From assembly GCA_013265495.1 (NCBI GenBank), contig MU057781.1, forward strand, positions 436,001-500,000: 64,000 bases of DNA, in the 5' to 3' direction. Within the stretch, counting starts at the first letter, position 1. Each line of letters starts with the position of its first letter. The notes below the pieces were generated by a model. It was not told the origin of the DNA and ran no database searches. It was given only the letters and a program-made list of their open reading frames with translations. This DNA is from Vicugna vicugna (Eukaryota). The translations under genes and the position numbers were made by a program. Below are positions 37,577 through 51,282 of the stretch, piece by piece.

Positions 37577-40500
37577 GCTGGTTGCTTGCCGGAAGTGGCA
37601 GTAAACAGGGCAAGAGCGCAGAGGTTGGGAACAAGGTCACGGTGCTGGTGGGAGGGGCCGCCCTCTTCTCTCGCCCAGGACCACCTACGACTTCACACTG
37701 AAGAGCAGGTTCTGGTTATTTACAGCAGCACGGCTCCTCCAAAGTCCCCGAGGAGCAGCGACAACAGCGCCCGAGCCCCAGGAAGGGGTCCCCAGGGCCG
37801 GGGTGGGGCGGGAGCGGGGCGGGTGGCTGGTGCAGACACTGTGTGGCGCCAGTTCCCAGCACCATGAGCACGGCTGCTGGAGACGCTCATCAGGGGCCTG
37901 AACAGAAAACAGAAAACCTCAAACACTCTGCAGTTCTGGGGGCGCCCCAGTCTGCACCCCCAGCCTGCACCCCCAGCGTGTCTAGGGCCTCGGGCCTCAC
38001 CCTTGTCTGTCCCAAGGAAACAACCCAGGAGCCAAAGGGAGCAGACAGGGTCTGAGCCCCTGCGCCTTCTCCGACAGACCACAGCACTCGGGAGCTTTCC
38101 TGGGGTGCACACTCCCCCCTCCCCACAACCACCCCTAGGGGCTTCCCACCGCCCACAGTCACCTAAAACAAGTCATTGTAATCCATTCTCAGTCTAGGTT
38201 AAACACATACACTGTCTGGTTTTTAAGGATTTGGCGTCCGCCAAGTGCGAACCGTTACCTAATCCCCTCAGATGTGCCTTCTGTGCTTCTGCAAATATTT
38301 GGCAGCATCCTGAGAACAGAGCAACTCCAAACTGAAACCAGCAGTGTGAAGGCAGAGAAATCGACGTGCGGTATTGACTCCACGCGGGTAACTGTTTCCC
38401 CCAAAGCGGACACCAAAGGCGGTCCTTAGTTTGAGTTTTAGGCATCAGACGAAACCAACGGCTTTTCTGCGTTGTATAACTCACTTAGTTCCCACTGTAA
38501 CAGACCCCACGTGAGGTAAAGCAGTGATGCTAAATAATTAACGCCCGCGCTCCATGCAAAGCCACCAGTGAAGATGTTGCCTCTTTAGCTGGACTAGAAC
38601 TCACAAGATCTGAGGACGTCGGGGCAACAGGGCCGCCGGACACGCCCACACCCACCAGTCCAGCAGGAGGGGCAGGGATGGGCCTGTGAGCCCCTGGGTC
38701 CAGACAACCCTTCCACTGCAGCACCAGCCCCTCCCCCCAGAGATGCACGCTGCCCCCTTGCAGGGAAGCTGGGTGGAGACAGAGAGCGGGAGGGGCAGGA
38801 GTGTGCTGGGGTGACCCCTCCCCAGACCAGCCACACGGCTGCAGCAGGAGCAGGACCTGGGCAGCTCCAAAAAGCCAGAGGCAAGAGGCAGAGCCCCCAA
38901 GCCTGCCTGACTGCATCAGGCCCCTCCCTCCTCCCTAAAACACCCCTAAAACCAGGGGCCCTAAGATTGACGGTGTGCCTGCACCAGGCCCCTTACCTAC
39001 CTGCTCCTTGAGATTTTAGAGGCCAGGGCCTCTCCGTCTTCCGGGAACAAAAGGATGCAGTGTCAGCAGCACATTCTCCACTCCCGGGGGGCTAGCAGGT
39101 GGTTTCGGCTGCCCCTCGCCCTCTGTCGGAGTGGGGTGTGCACTGAAAACCAGGCTGTGGAGCTGACCCCCAGCACCTGAGGCCAAGGGACAACCGTCTC
39201 GTGACACGAGGGCTGAGCCAGGCTGAGGCGCGGGGGAGACAGAGCCACCCCCCTCAGCCCCGGGGGGGCACCGGACGCGTCTCCACGGGTCCTGGCAGGA
39301 GCACATGGACCCCTTGCGCTGAGCCCCCGCGCCTTCCTTCCCCATCTGTCCCCCAGGGACTCGGCAGTTTCCCAGGACCACTTTGGGAGGCAGGCCTATT
39401 TAAAGCACCAAACGCCAGCGCCAGCTTGAGGAAGCACATGCCACACAAATGCACAAAACGGCAGGGGAGGTGCAACTAGGAGTGCGTCTTCTGTACCAGA
39501 GAAGACAGCGTGGGGGGTGGGTAGGCAGCCGCCCCTCCCGTTTTGCAGCGAGTGGGGAGAGCAGACCTCGGCAGCGCCCTCTGTCTGCGGTCCCAGGGAG
39601 CAGCAGCAGAGGTGAGCCGGGCAGCCATCCTTACTCCCGGGGCTCAGTGTGCCCCGGCTCACCCCGGGTCCGGCTGCACTGGAGGCCAGCACGACTCGCC
39701 CAGACAGAGCGTCTACTGTCCCACCGCTGCCCCACGCTGGCCCCTGTGAGGCTGCGGCCCCGGCAGCACTCGGGCCCCAGAGCATCTTCGGAGCTCACAA
39801 GGATGGACTGAGTTCCCAGGGAGGCCCAGAACCGGGGCTGGGGGTGTAGGTGGCCAGGCGGAGCTGACCCCTCTTTAACCTGACTCGGCTGGCTGTGATG
39901 GGGTCCACTCAAATGAAGTCAGGTCGAGCCCTGCTGGAGGGGACCCCCAGATGCCAGACCCTGAACTGGGTGGTTCCAGCCACGGCGCCTCCCAGGCCCC
40001 CCACACCAGGGCCCGGCCACCCCTCACTGACACTCCCCTTCAGAGCAGCCCGTGGTCCCTCCAAGGTTCTGCCTCCCCTGCTATGGGCCCCCAGCCTCAT
40101 TTCTGCCCCAGGGTCACTGCCCTGAGCAACTAGGACTTACTGTTTCCTTCAGATCAAGGCCCTGAGCTCCAGACAACCTGATCAGCTAGAGTTTCACACT
40201 GAGCCAGAAGCCAGAGGTCGCTGACCAGCCCGGTGCCCTTGACCCACACCTGTGCCCAGAGCCCCGGCCCGGCCGCCGTGCCCAGCAGAGGCTGTGGGAA
40301 GGACGTTTTCTCCAGGAGCGGGAGCTCGGCCTGCTCTGCATTTTGGCGTGATCGTCCTGCGAGTTCACCACTGAAACTGAGAGGGCCTCCTGTCAATGAG
40401 TCTCGGCCGTATCGGGCACTGGCTGTGTCTGGCGGGGCCTTGGCCCCCATGTGCCGCCCTGGGGAGTCACCTGCCCAGGGAGGCAGCCTGGAGCCACCGC

Positions 40501-42339
40501 CCACCCCTCCCCTATTCCTCTGCAGCCCTCTCCCCCAGAGAGCTGCCCACCGGAGACCCCCAAGGAGCCCAGCCAGCTCCCGAGAGCCGCACTGCCATCT
40601 CCAGGTGCCCTGAGGCCACCTGGGGGGACGGGAAAGAATTTCAGACCCTCCGGGCAGCTCAAAAGCGGCTCCCCGATAAGTGGTCCAAGAGGCTTGTGCG
40701 TCTGAGATGGTTCAGAAAGGCCAGACCACAGAGGAAAACAAATGCTTGACTTTAAACACTCAGTTTCTAGGAAAGAGCAGCCATTTTTCTTGGAAGCATT
40801 AGTACTGCCTGACCCCTTGAAACAGAAGCAGAGAGAACTCGGTTCAGGAAGAGGCAGCTGCAGGCCACACGCCCGGCCCACAAGGGCGCTGCTAAAGGAA
40901 AACCACGGATTTCATCCCAGTGAAGCGCCCTTGCCCGCAGGGCGCCTGCCACAGCACAGCCCCTCAAGCGGGGAGGGGCTGCCCTCTGCAGATCGCCCCT
41001 TGTCCCCTGGCCTGCGGGCTGCTGGCCTGGTCCCGAGGCCCAGGAGGCCTGGAGGCAGGGGCCGAGCATCCAGGCCGGGCCCAGCTGGAGCCGCCCTCCT
41101 GGCCCAAGAGCCTCTCCATCAGGGGGCTCCCCACCCAGGACAGCTCGGACTCACGCCCACCCACTGCCCCAGTGAGAAGAGCTGCTCAGCCCAGCTCCAC
41201 TGGGTCCCACCGGGGGCCCTGACATGTCCTGCTGTGACCCCCCTTTCTGCCCTGGGTGCAGCGGCCCTGCCCTCGACCACAGCTAAACAGCCTGTTCCCC
41301 GAGCAGCTGCAAAGACAAGGAGTGGCACCTCCAGTGCTGGGACCGAGGGAGGAAGACGGCGGGGAAGGGGGGACGTATCAAAAGTCTGGAAAATGTTCCT
41401 GATCTTACCCAGAGCAACCCCACTCCCGAGACTTTGCCCTGAAGCGCTGATCGGGTGGGGGCTCGGATTCCTCTTCAGACAAGGGCAGGACGGCCACTCT
41501 ATCCAATAACCCTGCTGAAACGACAGAAGAATTTTTTAATCTACACGCACAAGCTCAAAGCCAGCCGACAAGATCTCCAAAGGGAGACGGCGGAGTTCTG
41601 TGGGGGCCACGGGTGGCTGGGCGAAGCGGCAGAGCCTTGCCCCTGCTTAAGGTCAGGGGGCTGTCAGGGGGCTGTCAGGGGCCAAGATGGGGCGATCACA
41701 GACCTAGGAACTGGAGCCCAACCCCTTGAAAGTGGAGGTTTGCTCTGTCCAACCGCAGACCCTGCACTGGCCCATGCAGCAGGGGACGGGGTGCCTTTCC
41801 AGGGTGCACCGGCCACGGAGGGTCTGGCCTCCGGGTCCCTGAATGCGGGCAAGGGGGTGACACGCTGGCCTGACGTGGGCGTCCGGCAGGGTTCTTGCCC
41901 TGAGCTGTGAGGCGCACAGACCCTGCCCCCAGAGCACTGTGTGAGGCTTGCACCCCGAGGCAGGAGGCTGAGGGAGCTGACGGCCCGTGAGAAAGGCCCC
42001 AGACCCTGGTACGTGGGGGTCCCGCCACAAGCCAGCCCATCACCCCTGCTGTCCAGGGAGCCTGTCCCTCAGCAAGGCCTCCTCAGGGACCCCCCTGGTC
42101 CCTTGCTACTTGCCTCACCCTGTAATATGGATGGACCTCCAAAGACCAGCACGTACCTGAGAAAATGTCTCTTAAATTAAAAGAAGTGGGGGGTGGGGGC
42201 AGAGAAAATACAGGGCGCTGAAGGAGACTTCCCACAAATAGGACTAACCCTGATGCTGATGACAAACAGAAGCCCGCCTGCGAGAAGCACGAAGGGCCCT
42301 CTGGGGAGAGGCGGGGCGCGAGGGGTGGGCGTCTGCTGC

Positions 42340-43462
42340 CCTGCAGAGTCACCACAACCAGAACACCTGCACCTCGGCGCCCAGAAGGCCCCTCCCGCCG
42401 GCGTTCCCCACGGCCTCCCCCCAAACCCAGGCCGCGGCACCGCTGGTCTGTCTCGGCTCCTCTGGGTTACCTTCTCCTGAGCGTCATGTGAACAGAATCA
42501 CAGCGCCTTTCACCCGGCGCCCCTCACTCGGGCGACTGCCTGGGCTCCATCCACGGCGTTGCTGGCTCTAGCCTGCCCCCTCCCGCCGACTCACAGTCCA
42601 CCCTCCGGACGGCCCAGGCGGCTCGTCCGCTGGCCAGCTGGAGGGCATCTGGGCTGACCCTTGCTTCGGACAGCGATGAGTAAGACACTCCAAGAAGGAA
42701 TACACGTGTGTGCATGTGTGACATGGTGCTGAGATGAGAACTTGACACGTTGTGACTGTACTTCAGTAAAAATTTTTTTAGTTTTAAAAGCTAAGAAAAA
42801 AAGACCACTCTAGCTGATCACGGACCGGTTAAGTGAGCTTGACTCCTTGCTTCTCTTGAGTGTTTCTCTAGGAGCAGGATGACTGTGTTTTGTTGTAAAT
42901 GCGTGTTTAACATCTTACAAGGCAACGCCACACAAGTCTTCAGAAGGGGCTGTGCTGTCGCAATCCCCGCCAGCGGTGAAGGAGGGTTCCCGCGGCCCCA
43001 CGCTCCCGCCCGCACCTGGTGTCGTGGGCGTCTTCTGTGTGCTTGCTTTCAGCTGTTCTGATAGCAGTGTGTCCTTGTGGCTGTAATTTGCATTTCCCTA
43101 ATTTTGCTCATGAAGTTGAGCATCTTTTCATGTACTTACTTGCCATCTATGTTCATTCTTTAGCAAAGCACCTTCTGCCCATTTTTCAATCACATGGTTT
43201 GCTTTCTTGTTATTGAGTTTGGGGACTTAGTTATGTATTCTGAACACAAGCCTTCTTCAATTACATGATTTGCAAGGATTTTTCCCCCAGTTTGTGGCTT
43301 GCTTTTTCCTTTTCTTAACAGCATCTTTCACAGAGAAGTTTTTTTTTATTGGTTTTTCCTTCTGTGGTTTGTAATTTTGACATCCCACCTAAGAAATTTT
43401 TACCAAACCCAAGGTTATAAAGATTTTCTCCTGTGTTTTCAGCTGGAAAGTTCTTGGTTATT
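42340..43462 (-). mobile_element. Old L1M 3' UTR/ORF2-end fragment
   Basis: ttgtggctgtaatttgcatttccctaa...gaagttgagcatcttttcatgtacttacttgccatctatg; ccaaacccaaggttataaagattttctcctgtgttttc. Confidence 0.85.
42691..42800 (+). mobile_element. Short young L1 3' tail nested in the old L1
   Basis: aagaaggaatacacgtgtgtgcatgtgtgac...cttgacacgttgtgactgtacttcagtaaaaa plus an A-rich tail. Imperfect TSD aagacactc (42682) / aagaccactc (42801). Confidence 0.65.
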
Positions 43463-46400
43463 CCTGTAGGTATTTAAAGTTAAATCTGAGAGCTTGCTGG
43501 GATGAAGGGAGCAATGAAGGCAGTAAAATGGGAAGGGGTAGATCAGCCGTTATCAAGTGGGGAAGAACTGGACAACCCTGTAAACTTCCTAGATGGTTTA
43601 GCTCGTGAATGTACTTGCAGGAGCATTAGGGAAAGGCAATTGAAGCCGAACACATGCAATCACTCCTGTGAGGCAAATACAGCCAGAAAATCAGAAAGCA
43701 AATGAATAAAGTTACTAAGTTTCTTTAAGCCGCGGAAAGCCAGGGGGAGATACTGCAGTGTACTAACAAAGCAGCCCCGCCCGGACACCTGCTGTGAAGT
43801 GTTGGACACATTCTCGGTCTGCGCACTTCACAGGAAAGGAGCCTGGCGGGGTTTCTAACACAGGGACAGAGCAGAGGTGGCAAGCCTCCTCTTCGGACCA
43901 CAGGAAGCTTTCTCTCACGGCGTGTCGGCCACAACTGATCCACACTTGGGTGAGCAGCGACTTCACTGGTGCTCGTGAAACAAGTTCTGAGTCACAGGCC
44001 AAAAAGTAAGTAAATAAGTTTCTTTGAAGTTTAAATCTAAGAGGGAAAAGGATCTCATTTGAGAACCGCTGCCTAGAGAAAAGAAACCAGTCTCGCGCGG
44101 TAATGAACACAGGGATGTGAGCGTGAGGCAGAGGCGCACCAGGGCAACTGACGACACTTCAGTTTAAAAAAAGAAAAGAAACGGAATTATTTTAAAAAAA
44201 ATAGGAAAAAAAAAAAGCGGGGCAGAGGGAAGAGAGAGGAATGGGAAGGAGAAAAACCCGGGGCAGAGAGGACGTGGAGGGAGGGTGAGTCAGGGCAGGA
44301 AGAGCGGCAGGAGCCTCGTGGGAACGAGGATGAGGACACGAGGGCCGGAGCTCGCTGCTCCTGCCAGACTTTGGGGAAACGGGTCCCTTCAACAGACTGA
44401 AAAGGTCACCATTTTCCCGGCAATTTATTATGAATTATCTATGTGTAAAATATTCATTTTCCATGATGTTAACATTTGGGATACACATAAGGGGATGATT
44501 TCAGTTTTAGAAATTTATTTTGCAATTGGAACGCTCCCTGCCTTTCTGTACTAGGAGGCCGGGGCGGACTTCCCGGGGAAGCAGCATGCACCCCACGGCT
44601 GATGTGATTTCGGGATCCTTGGTCCATAATGCCTGAAGGTTAGGCAGGAAACCACGCCAGTGTCAGATATGAAACGATTTTCCACGGCACCTCCAGCTCT
44701 GACTTAGGTAAGGGAAGTTCAGGGAACCCATGTCACCAGCACCTCTCTGCTCCAGCTTTGATCCAGAGCAGTTAACACCCAGAACGGAGCCCTGCCTGGT
44801 CTGCGGGAACCCAGCCGTCCACGTTGGGACACCGCCCCCTGCTGCCCACGGGGTGAACTGCAGGCCATCCCCACGGCCCAGAAGGGGCTGGACCCCCGCC
44901 CCTTTCCACCAGGATGTACCACAGACCCTCAGGGCCCCAAACGTACCTCGACGGCACCCTGTCCACCTGGGGTCCCACAGGAGCCCACTCCCACGGCCCA
45001 GGACCCCTGCCACCCGCACACAGGACAGTGCGAGGCCAGGCCCTGGCTTCACCCTTGCCTCCTGGTCCCCCTCCTGCTCTGGTCTCCCCAAAAGCAGGAT
45101 CCAATGACGGTTCCCTGTAAGGCGGCTGTGAGTGAATGAATGAATAAATGAGCGAGTCAGCAGAATCAAACGTGAAGCAAAGGCCCCACTGAAGGAGAGA
45201 GGAGCTTTAAATTCAAGCGAGATTTAAGAAACTGGTAACCACATCCATTGACCCATTTCTTGCACTTCTGAGAACGAAACCTAAAGAACCGAAGCTAAAT
45301 GTTCCCAACGTTTCTGCATGAAAACGACCTTGATTGAAGTGTGAGGGCCCGGCGACCGCTGAGGGCAGCTCAGTGCACCCCAGGGGAGGGGCAGTGTTAG
45401 GCTGTCGTTAAAAAGGATGATCAAAAAGATTTCTTACTTATGGGGAAAGTGTAATTCAAAGTTGTGTCTGTAATCTAATGAAAATATATTAAAATTACGT
45501 ATGAAAATAAACTACGTGGACGGTTTAGGAAGGCAGAGGGTCGAGTTTTTCCTCCTCTCCCCTGACTGCCCAGCTGCTGCACTAGCCCATCTGCACGGAC
45601 GTGTGCTTGGGGGGCTGACAAATACATGTCTTTAATATGCGTGGCCCCCAAGGAAGTCCCAGCCTCGACCGAGCCCTTGGCTACCAGGCCGGGGGGACCT
45701 CACCCATTCAGGGAGGGGCAGACGGACAGTCCTAGTGTCCCCGAGAGGCACTGAAGGTGGCTGTCGCTGATACACACAGGACACCGCTGCGACCCTCGTG
45801 TCCAGAGGCTGAGAGGACCAGAGGCCGCATCCTGGCTCTGTGGGTGCAGCTCAGGAAGGCACGTGCTGTCAGGTCTGGGCCCCTGGGAGGACGCGTCACC
45901 AGAGGGCCCGAAGCCCAGGGCAGCCGTCCACCCACCCGGCTCGGGCGCCCTGCCTGGAACCGGGGTCACTACCTTAGTGACCCGGGACACTGCCATTCTG
46001 GCTCCTTTGCTCCTCCGCCCACCTGCCAGATGCAGGGCCCCCAGGGGCGGGTCCTCCGGCTGCAGAAGGAGCCCGGCCTTCCATCTCGAGTCTGTAAATG
46101 GGGCCAATACGGGGAGAGGAGTCACGCTCTGAACTGGCTTCTCTCTGAATCCATCGAAAAGCACCCACAGGTTTCCATCCCCATGCAAGTGTTAGCAGAA
46201 AACACCAATCAGATTCAGTCTTTTCAAAAGTAACTTCCCAACGGAAGTCCCACTGCTCGAAAGGCATTTGTGAAGCCGGGGCTCCTGCCATCCCTTCCTC
46301 CAGAGCCACGCGGGCCACCTGGCCACTGGCTGACCAAGACCCTGAGAGAGAGGGCCTCCACCCTTTCCTTCTGGGGGAAAGGCTCCTGGGAGGCGGGGGG

Positions 46401-47139
46401 GGGGGCTGGGGTGTGGCTTCTGGGCTGTGTCTTCCGTGGCGACTGTGTCCAGGGTGTTTGCAACATGGAAGGGGCCCAGGTGGAACCGCAGGGGATGGAT
46501 GACCTGGGCGGGCCAGCAGGATGACAAAGAGGGGTCAACTTCGAGGCCTCCTGGGCCACCCAACCTGAAGGAGGGGCCGGGCTGCCTCTGTCTCCCTGGA
46601 CCTGGAAGGCCCTTCAAGGCCCCAGAGTCGCCGCCGAAGGCCAGGAGAGAGGGTCTCCTGGCGGAAACCTGCAGCCCAGCAGCTCCTCCGCAGCAGGAAG
46701 ACCAGCTGGGGACAGAAAGGGAAACCGTGCCGGTGGGGGCTGCAGGGACACCTCAGGGCCTGCCTACTGGGCAGGGGCCCCGCCAGGGCACCCGCGCTAC
46801 CAGCCTACCTCCCACACCCCAGAGCGCACACAGCGCCCCCGAATCTACAGAGGTGGTTGTGAGGGTAAAACAAAGGAGAGGATGTGGAGCTTCTGCAGAG
46901 AGAAAGGACGTCCAGTGGTGCTGGGGGCCTGCGGGCCGGGCCCCGGGCTGAGCCTGCAGGAGCAGCAGGGCCCCAGACGCCACATCCTTCCCCCCAGGGT
47001 GGGGGGGCGAGGAAGGAAACGAGGTGAGTAAGGGGACACAGAGGATGACAGAAGTGCTGGGAGCTTCGCAGAAAACCTCATCAAGGGAAAGGGACAGGTG
47101 GTGGGGAGGGAACTGGACGTCGCAACCCGACCGAGGTGG

Positions 47140-47800
47140 ACAGGACGGCCTCATCAGGAAAATGAGATCTGAGCAAAGACTCTAAGGGGCTGAGGGAACC
47201 ACCAGCCAGGAGCCTGGAGAACATTCCAGGCAGAGGGGAAAGCGGGTGCAAAGGCCCCGGGGCCCTGGGGCCCTGCGCCGTGTGAGTTTAGGAACAGCTG
47301 GGAAGTCAGTACGACGAGGGGAGGCGAGCAGAGGGGGAGGGGCGGGCTGGGCAGGGCCGCGGTGGCCATGGGAGGACTTCGGTTTTAGGCCGAATTTGAG
47401 ATGGAAGACTTGGGTGGGTCTTGAACGGAGGAGTGACCCAAACTGCCTGTCGTGACCAGGTGAGACGGCCCCAGGCGTGGGGTGCACTTGCACACTGGTC
47501 ACTTACTGAGCCCTGAAGTTTCCACCGGCCCAGCTGTGGGGCCAGAGCACGAACACAGCAAAAGGGACAGCTCAGGTCCCGGAGCAAAGCTGAGCAGACG
47601 GTGGGGAGGCGCCAGAGACCAGAGATGGTCAGAGCTCAGAGACGATGGAGCCTGGCGCAGGCCCGGAGGAGAGGCTGGGGTCCAGATACGGTTTGGGGCC
47701 GAGTGAGCTCAGGACCAGGCCTCAGGGGCCAGAGGGAGGGAGAAGCCAGCAAGACGGCTGGAGGAAAGCAGGACGGTGCTCCAGGCCCGGCAGAGGGGAG
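47140..47800 (-). mobile_element. L2 fragments
   Basis: gagatctgagcaaagactctaagg...aacattccaggcagaggggaaagcgggtgcaaaggcccc...ggccatgggaggacttcggtttta. Confidence 0.7.
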
Positions 47801-47847
47801 ACCGCGGCTCTCGGGGGCCCTCGGGGGCCAGGCAAGGCCCTGGGGCT

Positions 47848-48292
47848 CGTCTGACTTTCCCGGGGCCACACTGCCGAGCCACCTCCCGCTCAGTGACTCA
47901 CCGCAGCACAGACTTACTATCTCACAGCTCTGGGGAGCAGACATGGGTCTTGAGGGGCCAAAATCGAGGTCTCAACAGGCCTGGTTCCTGCCGGAGGCTC
48001 CAGGGGGAATCTGTTCCCTCCCTTTCCCAGCTTCTAGGGGGGCCTGCATCCCGTGGCTCAAGGCCCCTCCTCCATCTTCACAGCCAGCGACGTCCAGTCC
48101 AGTCCCCCTCACCCGCCCTCTGTCTTCCTCCCCTTCCCGCTTTGGGCCCCTGCAATGATGTGGGGCCCACCTGGGTCAACGAGGAAACACTGGCTGATCA
48201 CCGGCCTCAGTGCCCCTGCAGTGGAGCCCACATCGTCACAGGTTTGGGGGGTCGGGGCGGCTGTCTCGAAGGCCCTCATTCTACCAGCCCCA
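47848..48292 (-). mobile_element. MLT1D-like LTR
   Basis: ttactatctcacagctctgggg...ggaggctccagggggaatctgttccct..tttcccagcttctagggg..cctgcatcccgtggctc..ggcccctcctccatcttcacagccagc. Confidence 0.8.
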
Positions 48293-49287
48293 GGGCCACT
48301 CTCTGGCCGGGGCTGGGGCTGGGGGACAGATGAGGGCCCCTCCGGGTGCATCCGTGGGGCGGGGCGCAGACCCAGCACAGCTGGGAGCCGCACACCACAC
48401 GGGAGGGTGTGCAGAGGAGGCGCAGCGGGGCTTCCGGAGCAGTCGGTGCAGGGGGGTGAACCAGACCCCCAGCAGGGTGGGCCAGTGGCATGGAGCACGG
48501 GTGTCGAGAACAGCGCAGGGGGCAACTACCACGGAGGCAGCAGGTGGCACTAACCCACCCAGAGTCCCTGCAAGGACAGGCAGCCAGGTGAGGGGCTATG
48601 GATGTCGCAGTCCCCATCAGGTTCTCAGGCAGAGATCCTGGCCCTGCTGCTCGGTCTCCCCCCTCCCCCTGGCCATTGCCCACTCCCGGAACAGGTGCCA
48701 CAATCTCCAGTGCAGCACAGAAAGGGTGTCGGTCTGGCCGCCACCTTGCCACCTGCAACAGGAGTGAGGACAAACATTCCCGGCCTTCGATCCCCCGACA
48801 AAGGACGCGCTGTTTACATGGGCAGAACAAGCGGACGGTGGAGAAAGTCGTCTCGGCTACAAAACCCATCACTGTGCTCGGAGCCAGTTACAGGGTCTAA
48901 GTAGGTGCTGGGCCCAGCCCTGCCCCCAGGACTGAACCAAACACTGGCTGCAGCCGGCGGGGAGCTACCGTACTCAGGGGGCTTTGTGATGGCCATTCAA
49001 GTCTGAGGAATAATGGCCAATAGCCGCACATGGCAGATTTAAAAGGGAGCTTCAGAAATGTGTCACCTTCGCGCAGCCACCACCAAGGGACAGCAGGAGG
49101 GATGCCAGAAGCGGTGGCCTCAGCAGGGCAGCAAGGCTGCTCCCGGCGGCGTGGACAGAGGGAGGGGGCTGAGTGAGAACTCCAGGCTGCAGACAGAAGA
49201 CACGGGGTGTCGCTGACTCCAGGGCAGGACGGCGGCCCTGCGGGTGCTGCAAAATCAGCAAGTTCCAGCATTAAGAGCATGGGGCTG

Positions 49288-49460
49288 GGGTAGGGCTCTC
49301 CAGAGAAGCAGGGCCAGCAGCAGAGCCAGCAGGATGCAGACGTATGTATGTAGAGATAAACGAGATGGATGCATGGATAGATGGACAGATGGATGGATAG
49401 ATAGATAGATAGGTAGAGAAACTGCAAGGGACTAGCTCACGTAGTGATGGAGGCCTCCGT
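49288..49460 (-). mobile_element. MLT2-like (ERVL) LTR end containing a (GATG/GATA)n tract
   Basis: tagggctctccagagaagcag...gatggatggatagatagatagatagg...aagggactagctcacgtagtgatggagg. Confidence 0.6.
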
Positions 49461-50259
49461 GGTCCTGCTCTGGCCCCACCCCTGGGCTGGGCCGCAGCCC
49501 TGAGCCCTCCGCACCCCGGCCGGGCCCCCAGAGCGGGCAGGGCAGCCGCGGGAGGCTGGCCACCGGCTCACGTGCATCGTCACAGACCTGAGCAAAGACG
49601 AGACTGTGAAAGAAGACGCATGTTCAACCGGGGCTTGTTTACCTCTGGTCACCTGTGAGGTGACTTTTTATTAACAAACTTGCTCTTTAAACTTTGCCAA
49701 AGTGAGACAAGCGTGAGCTAGAGCCCAACCTGAGGGGCACCCATCTAAGCTGTGTTCCTGAAGGCGCAGCCCGGGCTGCAGGCACCACGTCGGGCGTCGT
49801 GAGCACGGACGTCCAGGACCGGACCGCCACCTCCGTCGCCTGTATCCTACGGCCGTCAGGCCGCCACATCCTCTGCCCCCACCCAGCAGTGACAGGGGAA
49901 CCTCCCGCCTCTCGGTGCCTCTGCAGGGAAGCCAGGGTCTTCCAGCTCCAGCTTCCCCAGACCAACCGCTCACCCCATCTGGTAGAAGGGCCAGTGGAAG
50001 GGCCAAAGTTGGTCACAAAATACAGCCCGAGAAACATTCTTATACGCACGAGCTCAAGCACAGCACAAAACGAAGATCCCTTAGACACTTTAAGAAAAAA
50101 GAGCAGATGCTTTGGTGGAAAAAATAAGGCTCCTTGTGGCCAGGGACAATGACATAACAAACAGCCCCAAGGTTAAGTGTGCTCTCACTGGTTCCAGGCA
50201 CTATTCTGGGCAAGGCGCAGGGATGAACGCAGCAGACTCTCCTCCCCGGGGTGTGGGCT

Positions 50260-51253
50260 GACCTGTGACCATGATGTGATGGCTACATATGGAAACACTT
50301 GTGGATATGTGTACACGTGTGGGTTAGTATTCACGTATATAGCTCCTCGATCTGCCAACTGAGGACCAGAAGCAACGACACCCCAGCAGCAGTGAGCACA
50401 TCCAGCACCCAGACCTTGGTTTCCAATGTCATCCTCCACTAAGCCAAGGCTGCTTGGAGAAATGGCTGATTCTCGGCTGTGTATTTCTGGACGGAGAGAT
50501 ACAAGGTGAGCCTGGAGCACTTTGTAATTCCAGGAAGTAAGAAAGCGCGCAAAATTAAAATTAAACAAATAAATAATACAAAAAAGAAAGAAAGGAAAGA
50601 AAGAAGGAAGGAAAGAAAGAAGAAAGAAAGAGAGAGAGAGAGAGAGGGAGGGAGGGAGGGAGAAGTGATGTAGGTCTGTCAAGGAACACAAGAGGCAACT
50701 GGAGAGCCCCCAGTGGCCAAAGCTGGAACAACATAAGCAACAAAATGAACAAACAAACAAAAAAAAAAGTAGCATTGGATTACAACCCAAAATTCAAAGT
50801 AAATATCCAGAGTGCATATATAATCAGATAAATAAATAAACAGAAAATATATAATCTCCCATGCAGAAAAATTCCAAATAATTCGTGTAGCTGGTCTCCC
50901 TCAGGAAAATGGGACGTGACTCCCAAAACTTGTTCTGCAAAGCCCCTGACTAGAACTCCCTAAAACCATCGAGGTCATCGGAAGCAAGGGGGTCCGAGAG
51001 CCGTGCGCGCTGCAGCCAGCCAGTGCTGCCTGATTGTACACAGCGTCCTGAGTAAGGTCCTGGAACAGGAGCAAGACATTACGGGAAAACTGCATCGAAA
51101 TAAAGTCCTAATGTGCTGATGTCGGGTCATGAAGTGTGACGAAACTCCTTGTTAGTAACAGAGCAAACGTGGTGTGCAGCGTAGGAGCCTCTGAGCTGTT
51201 AGCAGTGTTTCTCTAAACCTGAGCTATTCTCCAATAAAAACCTTACTTAGAAA
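50260..51253 (+). mobile_element. L1MC/MD-like 3' UTR fragment
   Basis: agcaacgacaccccagcagcagtgagcacatccagcacccagaccttggtttc; tacaaggtgagcctggagcac; gtcctggaacaggagcaagacattacgggaaaact; ends ctaaacctgagctattctccaataaaaa. Confidence 0.8.
50580..50662. repeat. Compound purine microsatellite (GAAA)n-(GA)n-(GGGA)n
   Basis: An uninterrupted purine tract of ~80 nt is directly visible. Confidence 0.9.
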
Positions 51254-51282
51254 TGACTTTAAAATGTTTTCTACATGGAAGG

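Noticed and set aside
38231..38244. NFI-like palindrome ttggcgtccgccaa
   Set aside because: The spacer is 4 nt; canonical NFI sites need TTGGC-N5-GCCAA.
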